Shown here: positions 1 through 10,073 of the stretch, piece by piece
Layout of the letters: every line of letters begins with the position of its first letter
How positions within the stretch are numbered: the first letter of the stretch is position 1
From: Bacilli bacterium
Lineage (GTDB): Bacteria > Bacillota_I > Bacilli_A > ML615J-28 > CAG-698
DNA length: 64,000 nucleotides
NCBI GenBank assembly: GCA_050953065.1
Contig: JBMNLZ010000003.1
Location: 288,001 to 352,000 of the forward strand
Direction of reading: 5' to 3'
Made by a program: the position numbers and the translations under genes
Notes under the pieces: generated by a model
What the model saw: the letters and a program-made list of their open reading frames with translations, nothing else
Told to the model about the DNA's origin: nothing
Databases searched by the model: none

Positions 1-8
1 TGTAAGAA

Positions 9-1481
9 CTATAAATTTGATTTTAATATCTCTACTACCTTATCTTCTAATTCTTTATTTTTTTTAAATAAATCTATGAGTTCAGAAGATAGTTTTTTTA
101 TCTCAGCATCTATCTCTTCTTCACTCATTTTATTAGAATCATCAATCCCTACATATCTTCCAGGAACTAATGTATAATCAGCTTCTCTAATTTCTTCTAA
201 AGATGCTACTTTACAAAATCCTTTAACATCTTCATAATTTTTATTTTTTAACCAATTATGATATGTATCAGTGATTTTAACTAAATCTTCTTCTTTTAAT
301 TCTCTTACTCTTCTATCTATCATTTCACCTAAATTTCGAGCATCTATAAATAAAACATTCTTATTAGTTTTATTTTTTTTAATAAACCATAATGATACTG
401 GTATCCCAGTTGTATAAAACAACTTATCAGGTAATGTAATGATGCAATCTATTACACCATCTTCAAGCATCCCTTTTCTAATATTATATTCTTGTTTTGT
501 TGTAGTAGATAACGAACCATTAGCCAAAACAAAACCAGCTATACCTTTCGGAGCCAATTTTGAATACATATGTTGAATCCAAGCATAGTTAGCATTACCT
601 TCTGGCGGAATATCATATATCCATCTTGGATCTTCTAATAATGAGGGCTGACCGTAATCACTAACATTAAAAGGAGGATTAGCTAGTATAAAATCAAATC
701 TTTGAGATTTATGCTTATCATCATGAAATGTATCTCCAGGTGAATCTCCTAGATTAGCTTCAATTCCACGAATAGCTAAATTCATTTTAGCGATTTTCCA
801 AGTATTGACAATTTTTTCTTGACCATAGACTGAAATCTTATCTACATTTCCTCTATGTGCTTTTACAAATTCAGCTGCTTGTACAAACATCCCACCACTT
901 CCACAACATGGATCATATACTCTACCACTCATAGGTTGAATCATTCTAACTAACAATTGGACAATGCATCTTGGAGTATAAAACTCTCCGCCTGTTTGAC
1001 CTAAATTTCTAGAAAATTTCCCCATAAAATATTCATATACCTGACCCATGAAATCGCCTTCTAAAGATGTTTCAAGCTTGTTTGTAAATAAATCTATAAG
1101 TTCACCCAAATTTCTCTTATCTATAGATGGAGACGAATATATTTTCGGCAAAACTCCTTTTAGCTCCTCATTCTCATTTTCTATTTCAATAAATGCTTCA
1201 TCTAATATTTGGCCTATTTCTTCTTGTTTAGAAAACTGAGCAATATAACTCCATCTAGATTTTTTTGGAACCCAAAAAATATGTTCAGAAGCATATTCAT
1301 CTTTATCATTTTCAAAGCCTTCATTTTCAGCAACTAAACCTTTATATTTATCTTCAAATCTATCTGAAATATACTTTAAGAAGATAAGCCCTAATACTAT
1401 AGCCATATAATCTGAAGCAGCAACGCTACCTCTTAATTTATTCGCTGAAGCCCATAAAACTTTTTCATCAATTTTTGCCAT
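9..1481 (-). CDS. hsdM: Type I restriction-modification methyltransferase subunit M
   Basis: HsdM N-terminal domain (LWASANKLRG...LGLIFLKYISD), GEFYTP, SAM-binding DPCCGSGG, catalytic NPPF motif; 490 aa. Confidence 0.95.
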   Translation of the reverse strand: MAKIDEKVLWASANKLRGSVAASDYMAIVLGLIFLKYISDRFEDKYKGLVAENEGFENDKDEYASEHIFWVPKKSRWSYIAQFSKQEEIGQILDEAFIEIENENEELKGVLPKIYSSPSIDKRNLGELIDLFTNKLETSLEGDFMGQVYEYFMGKFSRNLGQTGGEFYTPRCIVQLLVRMIQPMSGRVYDPCCGSGGMFVQAAEFVKAHRGNVDKISVYGQEKIVNTWKIAKMNLAIRGIEANLGDSPGDTFHDDKHKSQRFDFILANPPFNVSDYGQPSLLEDPRWIYDIPPEGNANYAWIQHMYSKLAPKGIAGFVLANGSLSTTTKQEYNIRKGMLEDGVIDCIITLPDKLFYTTGIPVSLWFIKKNKTNKNVLFIDARNLGEMIDRRVRELKEEDLVKITDTYHNWLKNKNYEDVKGFCKVASLEEIREADYTLVPGRYVGIDDSNKMSEEEIDAEIKKLSSELIDLFKKNKELEDKVVEILKSNL

Positions 1482-1613
1482 CTTTTTCTCCTATTTAAAT
1501 TATTTGAATACATATTTTTATTAACCAATTTTAAAAGATTATATATTATATTACCATTTTTTAACTTTTTCTTCCAAACAACTCAAATTTGTTTTTAATG
1601 ATTAATTAAAATA

Positions 1614-2228
1614 TCATACGTAATATTTTTGATAGATTTGTTTAATTTCTCTTATCCAATCATCTATTTGTGGTAAACGAATAATAATATCATCAATAAA
1701 TTTATAAAAAAAATTAATATCATCAATAAATTCTTTGCCAGTGCCAATATCTACTTTTTTAGAAAAATGTATTGAATTTCTATATCTTTGCACTTTATCT
1801 ACCCATTTATATTCTAAAGCATCACGACTTTCCCATAACCTACTAACACTATATTCTTTTAATTGGTCAAACGAAGCATCCTTTGGCTCTATTTCTTTTT
1901 CATATCTTTTAATTTTTTTTGGATCGTTTTCATAGTCTTCTAAATAAACACAGTAAACAAATATTAACCATGCCTCAACTATTGCTCCCAAATTTGTCCA
2001 CGCTAAAATTAGTTCACCATTTGTCATATTAACACCCTTTTCAATCCATATAGACAAAGTGTTTGTTAACTCCATTAGTTTATCCAAATCTATTATTTCA
2101 AATGTATCGGCCACATTTTTTGGCACAACCAGTCTGCACTCTTTCCAAGTATCTATTACTTTTGAGGTGCGTTTTTTTATTTTATAAAAACATTCCTGCA
2201 GCATTTTTTCCTCCTTGATTATTACCAT
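1614..2228 (-). CDS. Putative HEPN-domain protein (predicted RNase)
   Basis: Helical 204 aa ORF with LGAIVEAWL and QRYRNSIHF (HEPN-like E...R-x-H signature) inside a defence cluster. Confidence 0.5.
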   Translation of the reverse strand: MVIIKEEKMLQECFYKIKKRTSKVIDTWKECRLVVPKNVADTFEIIDLDKLMELTNTLSIWIEKGVNMTNGELILAWTNLGAIVEAWLIFVYCVYLEDYENDPKKIKRYEKEIEPKDASFDQLKEYSVSRLWESRDALEYKWVDKVQRYRNSIHFSKKVDIGTGKEFIDDINFFYKFIDDIIIRLPQIDDWIREIKQIYQKYYV

Positions 2229-2260
2229 ATTTTTTGTTTCTCCATTTCAGTTTATATAAT

Positions 2261-3316
2261 CTAACAATTACATGAAATATATCTGTAATCTGTTATTAAT
2301 TTTTTTGCTCTATCTAGTTGTTCCTCAAAAATATATATAAATTTATTTCCATCTTGGAAAAAAATTGCATTAAAATTATCTATAATTTCTTTAGGTATCG
2401 TATTAATTTTGATTAAAACATTTGAATAATTATCATTCGGCAAATAACCCCCATTAATATGTACATTTGATTTAACAAAAGGCTTGTAGTAACTACAAAA
2501 TAATGCACTATCATAATTTTGTTTTACAGTTCCACCAAATATTATAGATAAATAAGGATCTGGTTTCAAGCCACAATTTTTATAAGCCAAACGACTTCTT
2601 GATTCATCATATTTCTCTTGGTCTCTATAATACTTGGTTTTAACTAACAACAGCGCAGTTTTAGGTGATACTGGTACATACGTAAAAAGATGATCACTAT
2701 CCAAAGTGTTTTCTATAATTGCACACCTTTCAGATATACACATCCATTTTTCATTACTTCTAATAATTGATAAATGTAATCCATATAATGATTGAAAAGG
2801 GTTCTCAATATAATCTACTTTTTTTGAACATATTATATCTGTAAAATTTTCTAGGTGAGTAAAGTTTTGATCATTTTTTACATTTTCAAAAACCTTGATT
2901 ATTTCTTCTGTCATATATAGAACATCTTCTTTTTTAGTATATTTTTTTACACCCCATAAATAGTTATTACTTTGATATATTCCAAAATCATCTTCAAGTA
3001 TCACTTCAGATGTAAATTGATGACGATAAGAACAAAAAGCACAATATAATTTCAAAAGAAAAAGTTCTTTTCCAGTAATTTTTATTTCTTCATCAGCGTT
3101 GTCTACCTTATGAATTATTTCAGAAACATAAGCCTCAAAATTTGCAATTCTATTTTCAAGAGAATCTGTTCCATCAATAGAGTAATATTTTTTCTTTGAA
3201 AAATCTTTAATATTGATTTTTCTTTTTTTGCTAGTGTTTTTATTAAAAAGCAGTCCCCCTTGTTCGCTCCATTTCTTTATATGAAACCTTGGCAAAAAGT
3301 GATTATTAATTTTCAT
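2261..3316 (-). CDS. DUF4238-family protein
   Basis: N-terminal NHFLPRFHIKKW motif and YS..LE.RIANFE segment typical of DUF4238; start chosen at MKINN behind GAAGGAG RBS. Confidence 0.65.
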   Translation of the reverse strand: MKINNHFLPRFHIKKWSEQGGLLFNKNTSKKRKINIKDFSKKKYYSIDGTDSLENRIANFEAYVSEIIHKVDNADEEIKITGKELFLLKLYCAFCSYRHQFTSEVILEDDFGIYQSNNYLWGVKKYTKKEDVLYMTEEIIKVFENVKNDQNFTHLENFTDIICSKKVDYIENPFQSLYGLHLSIIRSNEKWMCISERCAIIENTLDSDHLFTYVPVSPKTALLLVKTKYYRDQEKYDESRSRLAYKNCGLKPDPYLSIIFGGTVKQNYDSALFCSYYKPFVKSNVHINGGYLPNDNYSNVLIKINTIPKEIIDNFNAIFFQDGNKFIYIFEEQLDRAKKLITDYRYISCNC

Positions 3317-3493
3317 TATATCTCCTTCATATATCAAACATTTTTTAATAAATAATATGGTATCTGCAATACTATATAAAAAGTTCTTAAAACTTACAAC
3401 AATTATACCATATTTACTTTAAAAATTCTTCTAGTTTTTTTAACATATAATATTAAAAAGTATATCACAGTTAACATGCTTTTGCAAAATATC

Positions 3494-3593
3494 ATTAATC
3501 AATATTATTTAATTACAATAAACAGTTCTATTGATTAATACCACAACTTTTTACACAACCACACAAAAAATAAACAACAGTTGTGTAAAAGTT
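3494..3593. repeat. Two adjacent inverted repeats in the RloC-DUF4238 spacer
   Basis: attaatcaata(3494-3504)/tattgattaat(3529-3539) and aactttttacacaac(3545-3559)/gttgtgtaaaagtt(3580-3593). Confidence 0.6.
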
Positions 3594-3784
3594 TCATAAA
3601 TTATAATCTATTCCCCTCTATTTAATTTACAAAAAACATTTATTAAAATTATAAATAAAAACATCTTACATACGAAAAATAAGACGCTTTTTAAGCATTA
3701 GTATTACCAAAAGCAAAATTATTATAATAAATTATTTTGTCCATAAAAACAATTTAATTCTAAAATAAATTAAATTTATTCTTT

Positions 3785-5911
3785 CTATTGTGGTTTCAAC
3801 TGTTTATAATGAATCTCATCGTTATTTTTAATTATTTTCATTAAAAACTTTGCCGCTATTAAAATATCATTATTTGTTTTGGTGTTGGTATGTGACAAAA
3901 CATTAATTACACTTAATAAAGTCCCTAAATCTCTCTTGTCTTTTGTGCTTTCTATTTTGAAAATGTCCTCAATATGTTTTTTATTGTTTCTTTGAGGTAA
4001 AAACGAGTTATTATGTGTTTTAAAAAACAAAAATTCTTCAAAAACTTTTCGAATAATATTTGGCATATGATAATATTCACAATCCGTAGATAATTGTTTT
4101 TTTTGCGATATCGCATACACTTCTTCAAACATATGTTTGTACGGACTCCCTTTACTAATATTTTTAATTAAATAACTTTTCTTATCTTTTTTTATCTCAT
4201 AAGAAGCATATTTCGAACCATTTTTAAAGCTGTTTTTTCCATAAATTAGTTGGCTAAAATCATCCCAAACATGAGTTAAAACAAATACTTGATCTACATC
4301 CAATTCCATTAAATTTTGTACAATTTCTAAAACATAAAATCTATTTGAATCATCCATACTAGATATCGGATCATCTAATATTATAAGTTTTATATTGTTT
4401 TTTAATCTTTTTTGCTCTCGATCTTCAAACATCTCATAATAAAAAAATAGTAAAGATAGTAAATTTTTTTCGCCTTCACTAATATCATCTATTGTTAATT
4501 GGTCTTCAGTTAATAATGTTGTCCTCAAAATATAATCATTATCTTCAATTTCTAATTTGATTGAAATCTCCAAGTCTTTCAATGTTTGATTAACCAAATT
4601 CATAAAATCTGATGTAACAGATTTCATTTCCTTTAATTCTTTAATTTTCGTTTCTAAATTAATATTTTCACTTTCTTTTTCTAAAATACTTTTATTGTTG
4701 ACGTTTAAATCATTTAATCGGTCTTTTATAAAAGTTGAGTCCCCTATTGCCATATAAATTGAACCTTTTACAATAGTTCCTAGTTTACTTAATTTGTTTT
4801 TTTCTTCAGCAATATTTTTCAATCTAACAGAATTGATTTTTTTAATATTTTCGTTAATTGATTTAAGCTTATCCTCAAAAATTTTTACATCTATTTTATC
4901 TATTGCAATTATATTTTTAGCATTATAATGGAACTTATTAATTACTTCTTCAAAAAAAGTTAAGTCTTTTTCAATTTCTTTAAAAAATTGAGATACACTA
5001 CTATCTATTACATTTTCGTACATTTTTTTATTACCAATAAATTTTTTTATCTTTTTTAATATATCACACCAAAATTCGTATTGGTTATAAAAAAATGTTT
5101 CTGCATCATATTTCACATTGCTAACATATGACTGTATTTTTTCTTTGATATCGTTATAACTAATAGGTGACCCACAAAATTCACACTTTTCTTTATTAAA
5201 GTGAATTTCAAGTCCCTCAGAAAGCCAATCAATAATTTGCGAACTAGGTATTTCAATATCGCTAATTTTTGCATTTTGAAACTTTTCTAAATTTGAATAA
5301 AAAGATGGTTCTTCACTAATGATTTCTAATTTTTCAAGTGATTCCATATTAATAATTTTATTTTCTATAGTATCATCACCTGAGGTAGCCTGAATCTTTT
5401 CCTTATCAGGCTCAACTTTTAAAGCTTCCATATAATCAAGACGATATCTTTCTATTATTTCATTCACCTTTAAAGTTTTGGATTTGTTTTGTATGTTTAA
5501 TTTATCTTTTTTTAATTTAAAAATTTTTTCTATTTCATCTTTTATTTCTACTTCTTTTTTTTCATTCTCGCTTTTCAATTTATCTATTTGTTCTTTAGAA
5601 ACCAATTTCTTTTCTAACTCTTTTATTTGTTTTTCAATATCTACATCAACTTCACCAAATGACACCTTCACTCCTCTCAATTTTTCGCGATTTGTTTCGT
5701 CTAATACTATAACCTTAGAGTATTCAGTAGAATAAACTCTTAGGTCATTTTCATCGTTAGATTTTAAAAACTCTTCCTTTATTCCATTACTCAAAGCCGT
5801 TTTACCAGTTCCATTATAACCAAATATTACATTAATTTTTCTAAAATCATCCTCTGGGCCTGTAAATTCTTTAAATGATTTGTGAGTAAAATCACAAACT
5901 TTTTTTATCAT
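3785..5911 (-). CDS. RloC-like AAA_13 ABC-ATPase with zinc hook and C-terminal HEPN anticodon-nuclease domain
   Basis: Walker A GYNGTGKT, coiled coil with CEFCG hook, signature SEGEK, Walker B LDDPISSMD, H-loop LTH, C-terminal NIIRKVFEEFL...NVLSH; near hsdM. Confidence 0.8.
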   Translation of the reverse strand: MIKKVCDFTHKSFKEFTGPEDDFRKINVIFGYNGTGKTALSNGIKEEFLKSNDENDLRVYSTEYSKVIVLDETNREKLRGVKVSFGEVDVDIEKQIKELEKKLVSKEQIDKLKSENEKKEVEIKDEIEKIFKLKKDKLNIQNKSKTLKVNEIIERYRLDYMEALKVEPDKEKIQATSGDDTIENKIINMESLEKLEIISEEPSFYSNLEKFQNAKISDIEIPSSQIIDWLSEGLEIHFNKEKCEFCGSPISYNDIKEKIQSYVSNVKYDAETFFYNQYEFWCDILKKIKKFIGNKKMYENVIDSSVSQFFKEIEKDLTFFEEVINKFHYNAKNIIAIDKIDVKIFEDKLKSINENIKKINSVRLKNIAEEKNKLSKLGTIVKGSIYMAIGDSTFIKDRLNDLNVNNKSILEKESENINLETKIKELKEMKSVTSDFMNLVNQTLKDLEISIKLEIEDNDYILRTTLLTEDQLTIDDISEGEKNLLSLLFFYYEMFEDREQKRLKNNIKLIILDDPISSMDDSNRFYVLEIVQNLMELDVDQVFVLTHVWDDFSQLIYGKNSFKNGSKYASYEIKKDKKSYLIKNISKGSPYKHMFEEVYAISQKKQLSTDCEYYHMPNIIRKVFEEFLFFKTHNNSFLPQRNNKKHIEDIFKIESTKDKRDLGTLLSVINVLSHTNTKTNNDILIAAKFLMKIIKNNDEIHYKQLKPQ

Positions 5912-6027
5912 ATTGAAACCACCTTTCTTTTTACTGTACAATTACTTGAACACAAACAAAAATAATCACTATTATTATAATATAATAATTAGTATATTAT
6001 TTCTTATTCAATTTATTAGCTTTTTAT

Positions 6028-7275
6028 TTACACACCTTTCCCCAACGACTGCACATATTCATGCATAGCCTCTGCTACCCTTTTTGAAACCTTTACAGCC
6101 TCAACTACAGTCTTTGCTCCAGTAACAACATCACCAGATGCAAAAACTCCATCTTTACTAGTATGACCAAACTCATCTACTTCAACTAATCCTTTTTTAT
6201 TAACTTTAATTCCCTTAGTTGAACTAACAATTACAGCTCTTGGTCCTTGACTAATCGCAATAATAACTGAATCTACTTCAAATAGTTTTTCTGTACCTTT
6301 AATTGCTTCAACTATTTCTTTTCCATCTTCATCTTTAGTAACATTAGAATCAGCTAATATTATCCCTTTATCAACAAACTCTACAACTGTTTTATAAAAC
6401 TCAAATTGAGCTCCATCAATTTTAGCATATTCAACTTCATGATCTCTTGCTGTAATAGATGATTCATCTTTATTACAAATAATATAAACTTCTTCTGCTC
6501 CATGTCTAAAAGCAGTACGTGCTACATCCATTGCAACATTTCCTGCTCCAATTATTCCTACTATTTTACCTAAATTATAAACACTAGGATTTCTTAAATA
6601 TTCTATTGCATAATGAATATGGCCTAAACTCTCACCCTTAACATCTAATTTAGAAGGCCTCCAAACACCAGTCCCAATAAAGACTGCTTTAAAATCATCA
6701 CGCAATAAATCATCAACTGTTAAATTACTTCCAATAGTAGTATTAGGCCTTATCTTAATACCCATTTCAATCATTTTTTCTCCTAATCTGTCTAAAACAG
6801 ATTTAGGTAATCTAAACTCAGGAATCCCATATCTTAAAATTCCACCAATATGATCATTACCTTCAAAAATAGTAACATCATAATCATATTTAGCAAGAGT
6901 GATTGCAATTGTAATTCCAGCAGGACCTGAACCTATAATAGCAATCCTACCTTTAGTTTTTTTGGATGCTTCAGGTTTAAAGATATTTAAATAATAACTT
7001 GAGATATATTGTTCTATGGCACTGATATGAACAGGAGAACCTTTCTTCCCCAAAACACAATGTCCCTCACATTGGTTTTCCTGAGGACAAACATAACATG
7101 TAACTATAGATAATGGATTATTATCAAAAAGCATTTTACCAGCTTCTGGAATTTTGCTGTCAAGCAATAATTTAATAGCATCTCTAATAGGTGTTTCTAC
7201 AGGACAACCTGTAACACACATCGGATTTTTACACTGCAAACAACGTTTAGCATCATCAATTACATGTTTACTCAT
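6028..7275 (-). CDS. NAD(P)-dependent oxidoreductase, glutamate synthase small subunit (GltD)-like
   Basis: N-terminal Fe-S cysteines RCLQCKNPMCVTGCP, CPQENQCEGHC; two Rossmann motifs GSGPAG and GAGNVAMD; FASGDVVTG. Confidence 0.9.
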   Translation of the reverse strand: MSKHVIDDAKRCLQCKNPMCVTGCPVETPIRDAIKLLLDSKIPEAGKMLFDNNPLSIVTCYVCPQENQCEGHCVLGKKGSPVHISAIEQYISSYYLNIFKPEASKKTKGRIAIIGSGPAGITIAITLAKYDYDVTIFEGNDHIGGILRYGIPEFRLPKSVLDRLGEKMIEMGIKIRPNTTIGSNLTVDDLLRDDFKAVFIGTGVWRPSKLDVKGESLGHIHYAIEYLRNPSVYNLGKIVGIIGAGNVAMDVARTAFRHGAEEVYIICNKDESSITARDHEVEYAKIDGAQFEFYKTVVEFVDKGIILADSNVTKDEDGKEIVEAIKGTEKLFEVDSVIIAISQGPRAVIVSSTKGIKVNKKGLVEVDEFGHTSKDGVFASGDVVTGAKTVVEAVKVSKRVAEAMHEYVQSLGKGV

Positions 7276-7341
7276 TTTTGTTTTCTCCTTTATAAACTAT
7301 TAATGTTTCGTTTCTATTAATAATTATAACTTTATTAATTG

Positions 7342-7365
7342 ATTTAGTCAATAAAATGACTAAAT
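7342..7365. promoter_or_regulatory. Perfect palindromic putative operator upstream of the oxidoreductase
   Basis: atttagtca-ataaaa-tgactaaat, about 70 bp upstream of the start codon. Confidence 0.4.
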
Positions 7366-7581
7366 ACAAAACTATTATTAAATTAATACAATTAAAAATA
7401 TGCAATTATAAAATATTGTTTTATTAAAAAACTATATTGTTATAATGTATCTTAATTTTATAGGGTGATTTTACATTATTTATTTATAAATTTTCACCCC
7501 ATTTGCTTATAATTTAATTAAATAATATCTAATCTTAAACAAATAGTTTTTAAATTAAATCTTTTAATCAAACAAAAATTA

Positions 7582-7620
7582 AATGGCCTGTCACCTGTAC
7601 AATACAGGCAACAAGCCATT
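7582..7620 (-). terminator. Probable terminator hairpin after the AAA_14 gene
   Basis: aatggcctgtcacctgta-caa-tacaggcaacaagccatt imperfect inverted repeat followed on the minus strand by T-rich sequence. Confidence 0.5.
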
Positions 7621-7684
7621 CAAATAACATACATATTAAATTGGTCCGTGTTTAAGGGTTCACATCAATTGCCTAAGATATTTT

Positions 7685-8965
7685 TTAATCCTTTAAACAG
7701 CCTATTGGAATTACAAACACACCATCTTCTCTTTTATAACCATATTTTGTTCCTGTTATAATAATCTTTAAATCGGGAAGTCTTAATGGAGTTTGTTTTT
7801 CCTTTTTGTTATATTCTTTTATTAATTCTTCAATTTCACAAAGATGTTTTGCAGCCACATCTATTTCATTTGAGCCTAATTTAAATTCTAAAAGAGCATA
7901 TCTTCCGTCTTTTAGATGTAGTACTCCATCAGCTTCAAGACCATATCTATCATGATAATATGACATCTCACCATTCATTTTTAAAGAATATACTTTAAGA
8001 TCTCTTATACATAAACTTTCAAACAAAAAACCAAGTGTTTTAAAATCAGTATCAAAATATTTAGGTGATAATCCAAGTGCTGCAACTGCAATAGATGGGT
8101 CTATTAAATTTCTTTTTTTACTAGCTCTAATTACTGTTTTAGATCTAATAGCAGGGCTCCATGCATCGACATCTTCAATAATGTATAATTGTTCTAATTT
8201 TTCTAAATAATCATAAAAAGTTCTATCAGAAATTTCATTAGTAGCACTGACATCACCATAGATAGTATTATACTCACTTAGAGTACATATATTTCTTGAA
8301 TATGATTTTAAAATTGCTAAAGCCCATTTCGGATTTCTCTTCACTCCATCAATATTTGAAATATCTTTATGGCAAGTTTGATAGACTAAATCTTCTACTA
8401 CATGCAATTGATTTTCATTATTAGAAATTTTTAAACAAGAAGGCCATCCTCCTCTACAAATCGCAAAAATTAAATCATCTAGATTTAAATCAGATGTACA
8501 ACCATCAAACGAATCAGGATTATCAAATAATTCAAGTAATGATATAGTACCATTAGATTCATTTGACTCAAACAAACTCATCGGGTACATCTTCATTGTA
8601 CTAATCCGCATTGTACCTGTGTGTGGCGTTTCAACGTTAGCAGAAGTTGAACCAGTAAGTATGTACAACCCTACCTTTTTCTCATCATCTATAGATTTTC
8701 TTATAGCCCCCCAAATTTTAGGAGCATCCTGCCACTCATCAAACAACCTTGGCTTTTCACCATTTAAAAGTCTAGATGGTGCAATACTAGCTGTAGAAAT
8801 TAATTGATCTCTTACATCCTCATCCTGAAATTCAATAAAACTCTTTGAATGCACTTTAGCAGTGGTTGTTTTACCACAGCCCTTTGGACCAACAATTAAA
8901 ACTCCACCAAAAGTATCTAATTTGTTTTTTAAAATAGTATCAGAAATTCTTTTCTTATATTCCAC
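7685..8965 (-). CDS. AAA_14 ATPase with C-terminal DUF4143 (PD-(D/E)XK-like) domain
   Basis: Walker A GPKGCGKTT, Walker B FDEWQ, LTGS, GGWP, GFLFES, EADGVL...LEFKLG. Confidence 0.9.
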   Translation of the reverse strand: MEYKKRISDTILKNKLDTFGGVLIVGPKGCGKTTTAKVHSKSFIEFQDEDVRDQLISTASIAPSRLLNGEKPRLFDEWQDAPKIWGAIRKSIDDEKKVGLYILTGSTSANVETPHTGTMRISTMKMYPMSLFESNESNGTISLLELFDNPDSFDGCTSDLNLDDLIFAICRGGWPSCLKISNNENQLHVVEDLVYQTCHKDISNIDGVKRNPKWALAILKSYSRNICTLSEYNTIYGDVSATNEISDRTFYDYLEKLEQLYIIEDVDAWSPAIRSKTVIRASKKRNLIDPSIAVAALGLSPKYFDTDFKTLGFLFESLCIRDLKVYSLKMNGEMSYYHDRYGLEADGVLHLKDGRYALLEFKLGSNEIDVAAKHLCEIEELIKEYNKKEKQTPLRLPDLKIIITGTKYGYKREDGVFVIPIGCLKD

Positions 8966-9007
8966 ATCTATTCACCCCAACAATATTATAACACAACCAA
9001 TTTTTTA

Positions 9008-9099
9008 TTTCAAGTATTTGAGGTGTTTTGTTTCAAGAATTTGAGGTATTTCATTTCAAGTATTTGAGGTGCTTTGTTTCAAGAATTTGAGGTAAATAC
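9008..9099. repeat. Four tandem 23-bp repeats overlapping the AAA_14/DUF4143 promoter
   Basis: tttcaagtatttgaggtgttttg / tttcaagaatttgaggtatttca / tttcaagtatttgaggtgctttg / tttcaagaatttgaggtaaatac; the gene-proximal unit supplies TTGAAA, 17 bp from TATAAT on the minus strand. Confidence 0.9.
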
Positions 9100-9581
9100 T
9101 TTTTGATAACAATAATATTCACTATCATATTCAAGTGTTTCTCCACAATTTTCAAAACCACTCTTATTATATAATTTTAATGCTGCATAATTTACTTTAC
9201 TAACTAAAAGTATCATGCCATCAAAACCTTTTTTTCTGGCAACATTAATAATATGATTTAAAAAAATCATCCCAATCCCTTTTTTATGATATAAAGGATC
9301 TATCCCAAAACGTGATAATTCACAAGGATTTTTTAAATCCCATTTTAAATCTTTTAATTCATCAAAACTACATAATGATGCAACACCAATTATTTGTCTA
9401 TCTTTTTTAAAACATATAGATAATTATTTTTTATATCTCTTTCTGCTAACTCTTTATTAGGATACTCTAAATCCCAAGGACAACCTGGAGTACCAACTAT
9501 TCTTTTATATAAATTATCTATTTCTAAAATATCTTTAATGCTTGCTAAATTAAATTCAAATTTTTCCATTTTAAAACTCAA
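9079..9581 (-). pseudogene. GNAT acetyltransferase split by a -1 frameshift
   Basis: ORFs 9390-9581 and 9079-9270 join through the -1 frame at TTA AAA AAG, giving ...LKKDRQIIGVASL...ELSRFGIDPLYHKKGIG...NYAALKLYNKSGF (GNAT motifs). Confidence 0.8.
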
Positions 9582-9590
9582 TAACCTATA

Positions 9591-10055
9591 TTATTTCATA
9601 TTTTTTAATGATTCATAAAATTTAACTGCTTTTGCGATGTCTTTATCATTTGGTCTACCTTTAGCAATACCACCCCATCTTTTAAAAACATATGTATCAT
9701 ATCCACGACAATGAAATTTTCCTAATTCATTACAATTCTTCTTTTTAGCAATCCTACGCATTGCTTTTAGATATCCACCTACTGGTACTCCACAAGTGTA
9801 GATATAAAATATATCTTTTTCATCAGGCAAATAATTATTAGCATATTCTATTATTTGTTTAGCAAATTTAGAAAAATATATACCTGAAGCAAAGCCTATA
9901 AGATCATATGAAGAAATATCAGCACTGGGCTCTTCTAATACATCAATTAAATCAACTGAATTATCACTTTCTTTAATAGCTTCAACTATTTTTTTAGTAT
10001 TACCGTGATGTTTTGAATAATATACAATTACTGTTTTCATATTTCTTATTTCCAT
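9591..10055 (-). CDS. Flavodoxin family protein
   Basis: IVYYSKHHGNTKKI FMN-binding loop, YDLIGFASGIY, GGIAKGRP. Confidence 0.9.
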   Translation of the reverse strand: MEIRNMKTVIVYYSKHHGNTKKIVEAIKESDNSVDLIDVLEEPSADISSYDLIGFASGIYFSKFAKQIIEYANNYLPDEKDIFYIYTCGVPVGGYLKAMRRIAKKKNCNELGKFHCRGYDTYVFKRWGGIAKGRPNDKDIAKAVKFYESLKNMK

Positions 10056-10073
10056 TTTTACTATTATTAATTA

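Noticed and set aside
7560-7684. Riboswitch upstream of the GltD-like gene
   Set aside because: No aptamer consensus I can recognise; the hairpin is adequately explained as a terminator. An Rfam scan would settle it.
9008-9099. 23-bp repeats as a CRISPR array
   Set aside because: Units are contiguous with no unique spacers, and there is no cas operon.
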